NCBI GenBank assembly: GCA_964641455.1
Contig: CAZXLH010000004.1
Location: forward strand, 14,777-78,776
Length of the DNA: 64,000 nt
Direction of reading: 5' to 3'
DNA from: an uncultured Eubacteriales bacterium
GTDB lineage: Bacteria > Bacillota > Sulfobacillia > Fermentithermobacillales > Fermentithermobacillaceae
Shown: one piece after another, positions 11,348 through 20,626 of the stretch
Layout: every line of letters begins with the position of its first letter
Numbering within the stretch: position 1 is the stretch's first letter
The notes under the pieces: generated by a model
Told to the model about the DNA's origin: nothing
The model's database searches: none
Seen by the model: only the letters and a program-made list of their open reading frames with translations
Position numbers and translations under genes: made by a program

Positions 11348-12095
11348 GAGACTCTCCTTTTAACCTTCTTCGTTCAAAATAGCTCCGGAGCTGAATTCTG
11401 GCAGCAAACTCCAGGAGCGCAATGTCATCTTTGATCCTGCTTGGTTCCAAAACTAGTCTGTACAGCCACTCCAAACCTGATTTTTGAATGTATTCAGGCG
11501 CCCTTTTCCGGTTCCCTGCGAGAATATCCAGAACGCCCCCAAGCCCAATTCCCACTTTGGCCCTTAATTGGTTTCTATGGTTCCAAATAAACTTTTCTTG
11601 TTTCGGAGAACCCATAGCACAGAACAAGACATCGGGCTTGGATTTGGCAATGGTTCTTACCACTTCTTCCTCTTCTTCCGGCTTAAAGTACCCGTGATGT
11701 GTGCCGCATACCCTTACCCCGGGCGTCGATTGAACAACGTTTTCGGCTGCCCTGTCTGCTACTCCGGGTTTGCCTCCCAAGAAGAAAAATTTCGGCGATG
11801 GCCTCTTGTTGAGGAGTTCACAGGCCAGATCAACCCCGGTGACTCTTTCAGGCAACTCTATGCCTTTTTTTCTGGCAGCCCAGAGAATTCCTACCCCATC
11901 CGGAACAATCAAATGAGCATTGTGAAGAATTTGCATAAATTCCGGATCTTTTTGGGCTGTCATAACCATAATAGGATTCGCGGTAACAACGAGCCTGGTA
12001 CAACCGTCTTCCCGCGTCAGCATCCAATCCAAAGCACACACTGCGCCCTGCAAAGTTATAGGGTAGAATTCTACACCCATAATTTCCAAAACCAA
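11268..12095 (-). CDS. tagA: WecB/TagA/CpsF family glycosyltransferase (N-acetylmannosaminyltransferase-like)
   Basis: 275 aa with a TagA-like core (HLIVPDGVGILWAARKKG ... FCAMGSPKQEKFI ... LEWLYRLVLEP). The C-terminal ~27 codons overlap the tktA start. Confidence 0.8.
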   Translation of the reverse strand: MVLEIMGVEFYPITLQGAVCALDWMLTREDGCTRLVVTANPIMVMTAQKDPEFMQILHNAHLIVPDGVGILWAARKKGIELPERVTGVDLACELLNKRPSPKFFFLGGKPGVADRAAENVVQSTPGVRVCGTHHGYFKPEEEEEVVRTIAKSKPDVLFCAMGSPKQEKFIWNHRNQLRAKVGIGLGGVLDILAGNRKRAPEYIQKSGLEWLYRLVLEPSRIKDDIALLEFAARIQLRSYFERRRLKGESHDAQSRDCPKGKTDSNHKGNGTGFKA

Positions 12096-12297
12096 GTCAT
12101 CATCAACCTTTTTTATGTGTACATGAATATCTTACGTCAGATTTCTACAATAAGTCCATTTAATCCTTCGTTTTCGCCTGCAAACCAATAACGCTTACGG
12201 TAGCCGGTGTTTTCTGTTATGATCCCCTAAGAGGCCAAAAGTTCTCACCGTGCCGGAATAAGACCCATTAGATCTTAAGAAAACGAGGTGCGGAAAT

Positions 12298-13386
12298 GTG
12301 AGGAACATCCTCCTTTCCGGATATTATGGTTTCAACAATACAGGAGATGAAGCCATTTTGGCTTCAACTGTCAATGCTCTGAGAAATGCCCGGCCATATC
12401 TTAATATCATGGTTCTCTCAAAACGTCCCGGCGAAACCGGTGAAACTTACGGCGTTGAGTCATATCCCAGGATGAATTTGCCTCAAGTCGTAAAAGCCAT
12501 TAAAAAAGCGGATTTAGTGGTTTTTGGCGGGGGGAGCCTGCTTCAGGATGCAACTTCCCTACGCTCGCTTATCTATTACCTTTCAGTTATTGAGTTATCA
12601 CACATGCTAAACAAACCTGTGCTGATATATGCAAACGGCATTGGCCCAATCAATTCGCAAATCGGCCGTATGCTCACAAAACATACTTTGTCGCACGTCC
12701 AAGCCATAACCGTGAGAGACAGCGAATCCAGAGAAGAGCTAAGGCAAATAGGAATCTCAAAACAAGTGCAAGTTACTGCAGATCCGGCATTTTTGCTGAA
12801 CCCTTCGCCTAATGAAGTGGTTGACTCTATTCTCGAAGATCACGGAATCAACCACTCGTCGAAAATTGTGTGGGTTGCATTGCGCCGCATCAACGCGCCA
12901 ACATGGTTTCAGCGGCAACTGGTAGATCTCATTGCTTGGCTGAGAGAAGAAAACTTCGAGCCCTGCTTTTTTGCAATGCAGGAGCGTGACCTCAAAATAG
13001 CGGAAAACTTGAATCAAAAGCTTAGGTCGGTTAACCAAAAACCCATGGGAATGATCTCAAATATTTCACCTGAAGATGCCCTTGGGATTCTGGGAAAAGG
13101 AGAGTTTTGCCTAGGCATGCGCCTCCATACCCTGATACTTTCAGCCAGGGTTCAAGTGCCCTTTATGGGCATCGAGATCGACCCGAAAATCGGTGCATTT
13201 TGCAGAACCGCAGATTGTCCGGTTCTGCCACACCCTGCCAAAACGCCAAACTTCGATCTTAAAAGTGAGTTTGGAAATCTCATCAAAAACAAAATGCAGT
13301 TAATAACACTTCTGGGGCAAAAGTTGCCTGATTTCCACTCACTGGCCCGGGAAAACATAAACATTGTTTTGTCTCACTTAAACTAG
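12298..13386 (+). CDS. csaB: Polysaccharide pyruvyl transferase CsaB (secondary cell wall polymer / S-layer anchoring)
   Basis: 362 aa with a GTG start after AAAACGAGGTG. The N-terminus ILLSGYYGFNNTGDEAIL is typical of CsaB-type pyruvyl transferases. Confidence 0.8.
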   Translation: MRNILLSGYYGFNNTGDEAILASTVNALRNARPYLNIMVLSKRPGETGETYGVESYPRMNLPQVVKAIKKADLVVFGGGSLLQDATSLRSLIYYLSVIELSHMLNKPVLIYANGIGPINSQIGRMLTKHTLSHVQAITVRDSESREELRQIGISKQVQVTADPAFLLNPSPNEVVDSILEDHGINHSSKIVWVALRRINAPTWFQRQLVDLIAWLREENFEPCFFAMQERDLKIAENLNQKLRSVNQKPMGMISNISPEDALGILGKGEFCLGMRLHTLILSARVQVPFMGIEIDPKIGAFCRTADCPVLPHPAKTPNFDLKSEFGNLIKNKMQLITLLGQKLPDFHSLARENINIVLSHLN

Positions 13387-13445
13387 ATTACGGCCATAGC
13401 TGCGGAAACATAGTTTCGGCTCTTGTTGTTTTTGCCCCGCTCGCT

Positions 13446-13859
13446 TTACTCTATGACAAAATTCCCACGCACCATAACTACAACTTGAGATTTAGCCTTA
13501 ATACCCCTGCCATCATCTCTTGGGACAATCAAAAGGTGGTTTCCGGGAACCTCCTGGCCCCGTCCAAGGTCAACACCCTGGGTACAATCGCAAAGCCCTC
13601 CTAACTCTGAATCGACCACAGTTGCTTTGCCCGCCCTTAATATGATCTCGGTTCCGGCATACCCTCTCAACACTTCTCCGGGAGCCAGGTCCACCACAGT
13701 CATTTTGAACTTGGAATCAACATATGCCCGTGTAACCAACGGATCTTCTTCGCTCCCAGGCAAAGGCATGTTAGAAGAAGCATACCCCTTGCCGAACCAC
13801 CCGAGCAAAACTCCCACTGCTACCAAAACTACTGCATAAACCCACGGCTTCTTTGACAT
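13446..13859 (-). CDS. Hypothetical small protein with an N-terminal signal anchor
   Basis: 137 aa with an N-terminal hydrophobic segment (VYAVVLVAVGVLLGWF). I do not recognise a family. Confidence 0.45.
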   Translation of the reverse strand: MSKKPWVYAVVLVAVGVLLGWFGKGYASSNMPLPGSEEDPLVTRAYVDSKFKMTVVDLAPGEVLRGYAGTEIILRAGKATVVDSELGGLCDCTQGVDLGRGQEVPGNHLLIVPRDDGRGIKAKSQVVVMVRGNFVIE

Positions 13860-13879
13860 CTTGGGCTCCCCTTCCCTTA

Positions 13880-14984
13880 TTATGCGTCTTCAGTGTCTTG
13901 CCTTAACTTGGTATATATAAAATCATCTATGTCGCCATCCATAACCCTGTCTATATTGCCGATTTCAACGCCTGTTCGATGGTCTTTCACCATAGTGTAC
14001 GGCTGAAACACATATGATCTGATTTGGTTTCCCCATGCAATCTCTTTATGGGGCCCTCTTAAGGTTTGTAACTTCTTTTGCCTTTCTTCTTCTTTAAGAG
14101 CCAAAAGTTTGGCTTTTAACACTCTCATGGCAACGAGCCTGTTAGAGTGCTGAGATCGTTCATTTTGGCAACTCACAACAATTCCCGTAGAAATATGTGT
14201 GATTCGTACTGCTGAGTCTGTTTTGTTTACATGCTGCCCACCTGCTCCTGAAGCTCTGAAAGTATCGATTTTCAGCTCATCCGGATTTATCTCAATCTCT
14301 GTATCTTCTTGAATTTCCGGCAAAACGTCTACAGATGCGAAAGAAGTATGACGTCTACGGTTGGAATCAAAAGGAGAAATTCTGACAAGCCTATGAACTC
14401 CCTTTTCCGTTCGCAGAAAACCGTAGGCATAATCTCCTCTTACTGAAAAACTCACACTCTTTAGCCCTGCTTCTTCACCTGGCAGCATGTCAAGAGTTTC
14501 TAGTTCAAACCCTCTCCGTTCAACCCAACGCGAGTACATCCGGTAGAGTATTCCAACCCAATCCATTGCTTCTGTACCGCCTGCGCCTGCGTGCAGCGTT
14601 ATAATTGCGTCTCTGGAATCATAAGTTCCTGAAAGAAGCGTCTCAAGTTCAAGATCGCGAACTCCCAAGCCTGTTTGTCTTACCGTTTCACTCAGGTCCT
14701 CCAGAAGAGACAAATCTCCTTCATCCTCTGCCAGCAGTGCAATCTCAATGCTGTCGCGGATCAAAACCCCAAGTTCGTCATACCGGCGAAGTTTGCTTTC
14801 AATTCGGCTTATTTGCCTGCCCACAGCCTGGCCTTTCTTAGGATCCTTCCAAACTGCCGGATCTTCCATTTGCTTTCTCAAACCCGAAAGTCGCTCTTTA
14901 AGTTGAGAGGGGTCAAAGAGACCTCCCGATATTGCTTAATCTTTCTTGTAACGACTCAAACTCGCTAATAACTTCTTCATACAT
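13880..14984 (-). CDS. prfB: Peptide chain release factor 2 (PrfB), made by a programmed +1 frameshift near 14912..14921
   Basis: Frame 0 encodes MYEEVISEFESLQERLSNIGRSL and then TGA within GGGAGG TCT CTT TGA C. The +1 frame continues LDPSQLKERLSGLRKQMEDP... into the 333-aa ORF listed at 13880..14881. That ORF has the GGQ motif (SGAGGQHVNKT). Confidence 0.9.
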
Positions 14985-15044
14985 GGAAATTCCCCCTGTA
15001 AATTTTCTACCGCACAAAGTCTCTAAACATGATATTTTAACGTG

Positions 15045-17798
15045 TCATACAAGTTTCCCACAACAGTGCTTATACTTCTTGCCGCTTCCACATGGGCAAG
15101 GATCGTTGCGCCCTACCTTGCGCCCTGTCCTTCGTGGCTCGAGCCCCGATTGTCCGCTGCTTGCCGCCTGCCCATGCGTGGCCCTCCCCGGATCCGAGAC
15201 AGCCACAGGCGTCCTATGCCTGTCTTGGGAAGGCCGGGAATGTTTGCCTGGGGCTAGAGTGACTCTAAAAACATAGCTCACAGTATCCTTTTCAATGTTT
15301 TGAATCATACTCTGGAAAAGTTCGTAACCCTCTTTTTGATATTCTAACAAGGGATCTCGTTGGCCGTATGCCCTTAGCCCAATTCCCTCCCTAAGCCCTT
15401 CCATGGCCCTGAGTTGATCTATCCATTTTTGATCAACCACTCTTAGCAAAATGAGACGTTCAATTTCCTGAAAGTTTTCGCCTAAAGTCTCGGCCTTTTG
15501 TTTGTAGGCAGCGGCGAACACTTGCTTAACACCGGCAACGAGCTCATCCCTCGATTGCCCCGGCTCCGAAATCCGTTCAAAATCTCCTTCCGGCAGCAAT
15601 TCTTTAAGATAAGAAGCCAGCCCGCGAACATCGGCCTCTTCAGTTCGTGCCCCGGAAGGCCAATATACGTCAAAACCCAAATCGATTGTTCTGTCAATCA
15701 TACCCTCGACAATTCCCGAAAGGTTGTCACTCCCAAGAACCTCCCGCCTCTGGGCATATATCACTTCTCGCTGTTTGTTCAGTATATTGTCGTATTCAAG
15801 CACATTTTTTCTTATAGAAAAATTATGAGCTTCAATCCGCCTTTGGGCCGTTTCCACTGAACGGGTAACCATAGGATGTTCAATGGGCTCATCTTCGGGA
15901 AAGCCTACCTTTTCCATCACGTTTGCAATTAAGTCCCCGCCAAAAAGCCTCATAAGTTCATCATCAAGAGACAGGTAAAATTTAGATGAGCCTGGGTCTC
16001 CTTGCCTTCCTGCCCGCCCCCGCAACTGGTTGTCTATACGCCTGGCTTCATGCCTTTCCGTTCCCAGTACATGAAGCCCTCCCAGTTTCACAACCTCTCC
16101 ATGTTCTTTGCCTGTTATTTCTTTTGCTTGTTCCAAAAGCGCTTTGTACTGCTTACGCGCTTCTATCACTGACTCAATATAATCATCGGCCTGGCCTTTT
16201 TCTATTTGATCTAACATTTGCTGAGGAAGCACCTTTTCAGAAGCCACGCTAACCACATCAGGCTCGAAGCCTTCTTTTTTAAGGGCTGAACGGGCCATAA
16301 AATCAGGGTTACCTCCCAAAAGAATATCCGTGCCCCTCCCTGCCATATTTGTGGCTATGGTAACAGAACCTTTTCTCCCGGCCTGAGCCACTATCTCTGC
16401 TTCCCTCTCATGATATTTGGCGTTTAGCACCTCGTGAGGAACCCCTCTGCGTTTCAGCATATCTGATAAGCGTTCTGATTTTTCCACAGAACGTGTTCCC
16501 ACGAGCACAGGCCTTCCAATGCCATGAAGCCAGGATATCTCCTCTACAATAGCTCTAAATTTATCTTGTTCCGTAGCCCATATAGAATCAGGCATACTCG
16601 TTCTTACAAGAGGTTTGTTTGGCGGTATTGATACAACGTCCATCCCATAAATCTCGATAAACTCAGATTCTTCTGTGGCAGCGGTACCTGTCATTCCTGA
16701 AATTTTACCATACATTCTAAAATAGTTCTGAACTGTTATGGTAGCAAGGGTATCAGATTCTTCTCTGACTTCGACCCCCTCCTTGGCTTCTATAGCCTGG
16801 TGGAGCCCGTCTGAAAACCTCCTGCCGGCCAAAATTCTGCCTGTGAACTCATCTACTATGAGTACCTCGCCGTTTTTCACCACATAGTCAACATCGCGAT
16901 GCATAAATTCTTTGGCCCGCAAAGCTTGTTTGACGTAATGTTCAATTCCTATGTTTTCTTCTGATGAAATATCGTCAATCCCAAGCCATTGCTCAACTTT
17001 GTCAATACCTTCCTCAGTAAGCGCGATTACCTTAGCCTTTTCCTCTACGGTATAATGCTTGTCTATTCTTAGAGCGTTAGATAAATCTCTGAATTTGTAG
17101 TACTTATCCGTTGAGCCTTCACTTGGGCCGGAAATGATAAGGGGGGTCCTTGCCTCGTCAATCAAAATTGAGTCAACCTCATCGATTATGGCATAATCAA
17201 GAGTGCTCTGAACCAAATCTTGCTTCCGCCATGCCATATTGTCTCTTAAGTAGTCGAAACCAAACTCTGTGTTGGTCCCATAGATAATTGGGCATGAATA
17301 TGATCGCTGCTTTGCCGCAGCGTCCATCCCTGAAACCACCAGGCCCACATCCAAACCCAGGAACCTGTAAACCTGGCCCATCCATTCTCTGTCTCTTGAA
17401 GCCAGGTAATCGTTGACTGTAACCACATGCACAGTGTGGCCGCCTATGGCGTTAAGGTACGCAGGCAAAGTGGCCACCAGTGTTTTACCCTCACCGGTCT
17501 GCATTTCTGCAATTCTTCCCTGGTGGAGTATAATTCCGCCCATTATTTGAACATCAAAATGCCTCATGTCCAGTACGCGGCGGGATGCCTCGCGTACAAC
17601 TGCAAAAGCTTCGGGCAGCAAATCATCTAAAGATTCGCCTCTGGCAACACGCCCTTTAAATTCCCCGGTTTTCCCCTTGAGTTTTGTATCTGAAAGTGCA
17701 CGCATATCAGGCTCAAGGGATGATACGTCATCAACCGTACGGGACAACTTACGCAATTCCCGTTCGTTTGGGTTGAATAGTTTTCTCAGTATAGACAA
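15045..17798 (-). CDS. secA: Preprotein translocase ATPase SecA
   Basis: 917 aa with the DEAD-like motor domains and a C-terminal zinc-binding tail CPCGSGKKYKHCCG. Confidence 0.95.
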   Translation of the reverse strand: MSILRKLFNPNERELRKLSRTVDDVSSLEPDMRALSDTKLKGKTGEFKGRVARGESLDDLLPEAFAVVREASRRVLDMRHFDVQIMGGIILHQGRIAEMQTGEGKTLVATLPAYLNAIGGHTVHVVTVNDYLASRDREWMGQVYRFLGLDVGLVVSGMDAAAKQRSYSCPIIYGTNTEFGFDYLRDNMAWRKQDLVQSTLDYAIIDEVDSILIDEARTPLIISGPSEGSTDKYYKFRDLSNALRIDKHYTVEEKAKVIALTEEGIDKVEQWLGIDDISSEENIGIEHYVKQALRAKEFMHRDVDYVVKNGEVLIVDEFTGRILAGRRFSDGLHQAIEAKEGVEVREESDTLATITVQNYFRMYGKISGMTGTAATEESEFIEIYGMDVVSIPPNKPLVRTSMPDSIWATEQDKFRAIVEEISWLHGIGRPVLVGTRSVEKSERLSDMLKRRGVPHEVLNAKYHEREAEIVAQAGRKGSVTIATNMAGRGTDILLGGNPDFMARSALKKEGFEPDVVSVASEKVLPQQMLDQIEKGQADDYIESVIEARKQYKALLEQAKEITGKEHGEVVKLGGLHVLGTERHEARRIDNQLRGRAGRQGDPGSSKFYLSLDDELMRLFGGDLIANVMEKVGFPEDEPIEHPMVTRSVETAQRRIEAHNFSIRKNVLEYDNILNKQREVIYAQRREVLGSDNLSGIVEGMIDRTIDLGFDVYWPSGARTEEADVRGLASYLKELLPEGDFERISEPGQSRDELVAGVKQVFAAAYKQKAETLGENFQEIERLILLRVVDQKWIDQLRAMEGLREGIGLRAYGQRDPLLEYQKEGYELFQSMIQNIEKDTVSYVFRVTLAPGKHSRPSQDRHRTPVAVSDPGRATHGQAASSGQSGLEPRRTGRKVGRNDPCPCGSGKKYKHCCGKLV

Positions 17799-17846
17799 AG
17801 CAATCTCCTTTTCCAGGTATCAATTGGCCTTGGCTTTCAGCCGCGT

Positions 17847-18443
17847 TCAGTTAATTTTAGCATCATTTCGGCGATCAGGAAAACCACGGTGGAGCACATA
17901 CAAAATGAACCATGAAATGCCGGCGGCCATTAGCACATCGCCTATGCTGAAGAATGTAGGGGACTTAGAGAAAAACCTGAATCCAAAAATATCTGCCAGA
18001 AACTCAAGCCGGACATCATGGGTGATTGGCCGGTGAGTAAGGCTTACCGCCAGTTTCTCAGCCTGCCTTTGCAGAAGTTCCGAAGTTGCAAGTTTAACAG
18101 GCATTCTACCCTGATTGGCTGCTATTACCACAAAATTCAAGAATATTCCCGAAGCCAACATGTAAAACCCCGGAAGCCGCAAATTGGGGTACAAGCCATA
18201 GAAAAGCATCAGGTAAGCTGCCAGGCTCATAACAGTGCAAACAGCAGGTGATGGCGCTAGTTTTCCGCTGAGCACAAAAACCGATACAAACTTCAGTAAA
18301 AAAGAACCTGCAATCCACCAAAAACGCTCTAAGTTAATACCGGCCAGCCGAGAGGGTTTTCCGCCTGACACTATACCAATAATAAGCGCCAGGGCCACTA
18401 CAAACCGGAACAACAGATCACTTCCTTGAAAGTTCTCAATCAA
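17847..18443 (-). CDS. Hypothetical integral membrane protein, translationally coupled to the upstream HD-GYP gene
   Basis: 198 aa with roughly 5 hydrophobic helices. It overlaps the HD-GYP stop by 8 nt. Confidence 0.5.
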   Translation of the reverse strand: MIENFQGSDLLFRFVVALALIIGIVSGGKPSRLAGINLERFWWIAGSFLLKFVSVFVLSGKLAPSPAVCTVMSLAAYLMLFYGLYPNLRLPGFYMLASGIFLNFVVIAANQGRMPVKLATSELLQRQAEKLAVSLTHRPITHDVRLEFLADIFGFRFFSKSPTFFSIGDVLMAAGISWFILYVLHRGFPDRRNDAKIN

Positions 18444-19683
18444 TCACTTTGAGCATTGCCTTTACTACTTTAGGATCAAACTGGGTGCCGCTGCACCGTA
18501 TTAGTTCTTGTTTTGCTTCATCGTAAGACATTTTATCTTTATATGGCCTGTCTGTGGTCATCGCGTCAAAAGCGTCAGCACATGCTATTATACGGGCACC
18601 CAGGGGAATTTCTTCGCCTGCAAACCCCTGCGGAAACCCTGACCCGTCCCATCTTTCATGGTGATGCCTTACCCACAGTTCGCCTTTGCCCAAAAACTTC
18701 ATTACTTTTATTATATCTGCGCCAATCTCAGCATGCTTTTTCATTTCTTCATATTCTGAATAGGTAAAAGGGCCCTGCTTCTTCAAAATCCCGTCAGACA
18801 TGCCTACTTTGCCCACATCATGCAAAAGCCCTACGTATTTCATAAGATCAACTTCTTCATCGCCCAGGCCCAGTTCTTTGGCAACCTTACCCGAATATTC
18901 AGATACCCTGACCGAATGGCCATGGGTATACGAATCCCTGGCATCAATCGCAGTGCTCAAAGCTGCGGCGATCTCATTGTATGTATCCAGCAAATCGATA
19001 TATTTCTCAAGTGAGACTTTGGTTACTACAAGAGGCAAATAAAACAACACAAGAACCCAGGGACCTACTTGCTGAACTACAAGCACCATAAGAGCTCCCA
19101 TGGGAAACAGGGCAAACATATTAGGCAACATCCAAACAATGTTGCGCCGCCAAATAGTGACAAAAGGCACAGTCATTTGAAGCGAAAGGGTTATTCCGGC
19201 GAGAACCGCATTTAAAAGAGTGTAAGATGCGGCGGCTACCAGAAACGCTATTAACCCCCGGGGAAACTCAAGCACCCCAAACTTACCGGATATGAAAAAA
19301 TAGACTTTGGAAAAAACATAGGCGCATACTGCCAGCATGCCCCTGTTAAAGAGAACAAGCCTAATGGGAACCTCCCCTGCCAGGTCTCTCTTTCGTAAAG
19401 TGGCCAATGCGGCCACCCACATCCCTATTGCAGGCCCGTACAACACGGTAATGGTAAATATGATTGGAGTGGCAACAGATGCAGTGCCTTTTCCCTTAGG
19501 AAACGGTACGGCCGCCGCTTCGCCGCACACTACAAGTACAGCCAGAAAAAGCACCTCTGCCATCTGACGGCTGTCGTTAAACTTAGGTATATTGCTCATA
19601 AGTAGGAAAATGCCCAGACAAGCTATACCCCATACGTATACATCAAGTACTTTGATTCTTTTCTTCAACGCCGGACACCTCAT
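18436..19683 (-). CDS. 7TM-receptor HD-GYP domain c-di-GMP phosphodiesterase (7TMR-HD type)
   Basis: 415 aa. The N-terminal ~230 aa is polytopic membrane; the C-terminal half carries the HD motif (LHDVGK) and HHERWDGSGFPQG (GYP). Confidence 0.8.
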   Translation of the reverse strand: MRCPALKKRIKVLDVYVWGIACLGIFLLMSNIPKFNDSRQMAEVLFLAVLVVCGEAAAVPFPKGKGTASVATPIIFTITVLYGPAIGMWVAALATLRKRDLAGEVPIRLVLFNRGMLAVCAYVFSKVYFFISGKFGVLEFPRGLIAFLVAAASYTLLNAVLAGITLSLQMTVPFVTIWRRNIVWMLPNMFALFPMGALMVLVVQQVGPWVLVLFYLPLVVTKVSLEKYIDLLDTYNEIAAALSTAIDARDSYTHGHSVRVSEYSGKVAKELGLGDEEVDLMKYVGLLHDVGKVGMSDGILKKQGPFTYSEYEEMKKHAEIGADIIKVMKFLGKGELWVRHHHERWDGSGFPQGFAGEEIPLGARIIACADAFDAMTTDRPYKDKMSYDEAKQELIRCSGTQFDPKVVKAMLKVID

Positions 19684-19938
19684 AGAAGGGCCGACAGCCC
19701 TTTAAAAAACTAACCCACCTGGAAGTTAGCAGCTCCAGCCAAGAGCAATGTCAGAATGGCGAGAATTGCCTTGAGAACTTTATTCACTTAGAAACCCCCT
19801 GTTACAGGCTGTATCCGAACCGCTACTTCAGACCAAAATAAAAACTCCGCTGTTTCTAAGAATAATAGGCTGTCGGCTTTATGTATCTGTTCTACACGGT
19901 TTGCTGTTGTTCCTCTTGAAACCCAACCAAAATGTTGC
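19684..19938 (-). promoter_or_regulatory. Structured 5' leader of the HD-GYP gene with nested inverted repeats
   Basis: The outer inverted repeat GGCCGACAGCC (19689-19699) pairs with GGCTGTCGGC (19868-19877) across 168 nt. The inner inverted repeat CTTAGAAAC (19777-19785) pairs with GTTTCTAAG (19852-19860). The 3' arm lies right beside a start codon that has only a weak ribosome-binding site. Confidence 0.45.
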
Positions 19939-20607
19939 TTAAATTGAATAATTGTCTAATAACATGGGAAACTTGCGGTTGACAGCGTCAAGGGTCGCTT
20001 TTACTACAGATTCCCTTTCATCATATGTAATCGGGCAAGAACCGCTAAGTATTAGCTCCCGCCCGTTTTCCAGGAGCACAAGCGTTACAACGGCAACTCT
20101 TACAGACTTTGATTGCGTCACGCAAACGTCACTCAGGACAATCTTTGCCCGGGGCGGTAAGAATTTGGACAAAGCATCTAAAGTTGCATCTGCAGCCAGC
20201 CAGAGCCATCTATTGGGGGTGGGGATACCAATAGCCCTTCCCGAGGCTAAAACATCGCCCAAAGCAATTTCTACGGCCACCTCGGCATTATTCTCGCCTG
20301 CGGCCAGGGCGACCTTTACCAGTTTGGGCCTCCCCTTTTCTTTGATCACTTCTTCTTTGTTTATTTGAGCAATTGAGATCTTCCGCCTGTCAATGCGAAC
20401 TCCACAGGCAGCCAGAATAGCCGATTCCACATCCCTTACAATATGCCTGGGAGATCGGCCTGAGCTTGCCAGAATATGAACTTCTTCCACATCGCCGTTT
20501 TCGCTCAATACCACTCGGCAAGCGATCACATCCTTAATCTTCTCTATTGTATTTTCGTATTGTCTTGCCTCGACCAACTCGTCAGCCATATCACACACTC
20601 CGTACAT
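19939..20607 (-). CDS. Hypothetical protein made of two ~105-aa internal repeats
   Basis: 222 aa. The halves share a hydrophobic-run ... ENG ... E ... ILxSG(S/R) ... ES(A/V)(I/V)xA pattern. It lies 19 nt downstream of the CofC-like gene and I do not recognise the family. Confidence 0.45.
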   Translation of the reverse strand: MYGVCDMADELVEARQYENTIEKIKDVIACRVVLSENGDVEEVHILASSGRSPRHIVRDVESAILAACGVRIDRRKISIAQINKEEVIKEKGRPKLVKVALAAGENNAEVAVEIALGDVLASGRAIGIPTPNRWLWLAADATLDALSKFLPPRAKIVLSDVCVTQSKSVRVAVVTLVLLENGRELILSGSCPITYDERESVVKATLDAVNRKFPMLLDNYSI

Positions 20608-20626
20608 TCAGGCAGGTTTCACTCAG

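Noticed and set aside
19684-19938. c-di-GMP (GEMM-I or GEMM-II) riboswitch upstream of the HD-GYP gene
   Set aside because: The leader contains GCAAACC and AAAGCC fragments that are faintly GEMM-like. It lacks the paired P1/P2 hairpins with a GNRA tetraloop and receptor, and it lacks the conserved CACGCACAGGGCAAACC ... GGGACGCAAAGCC core. It is reported only as an unclassified structured leader.
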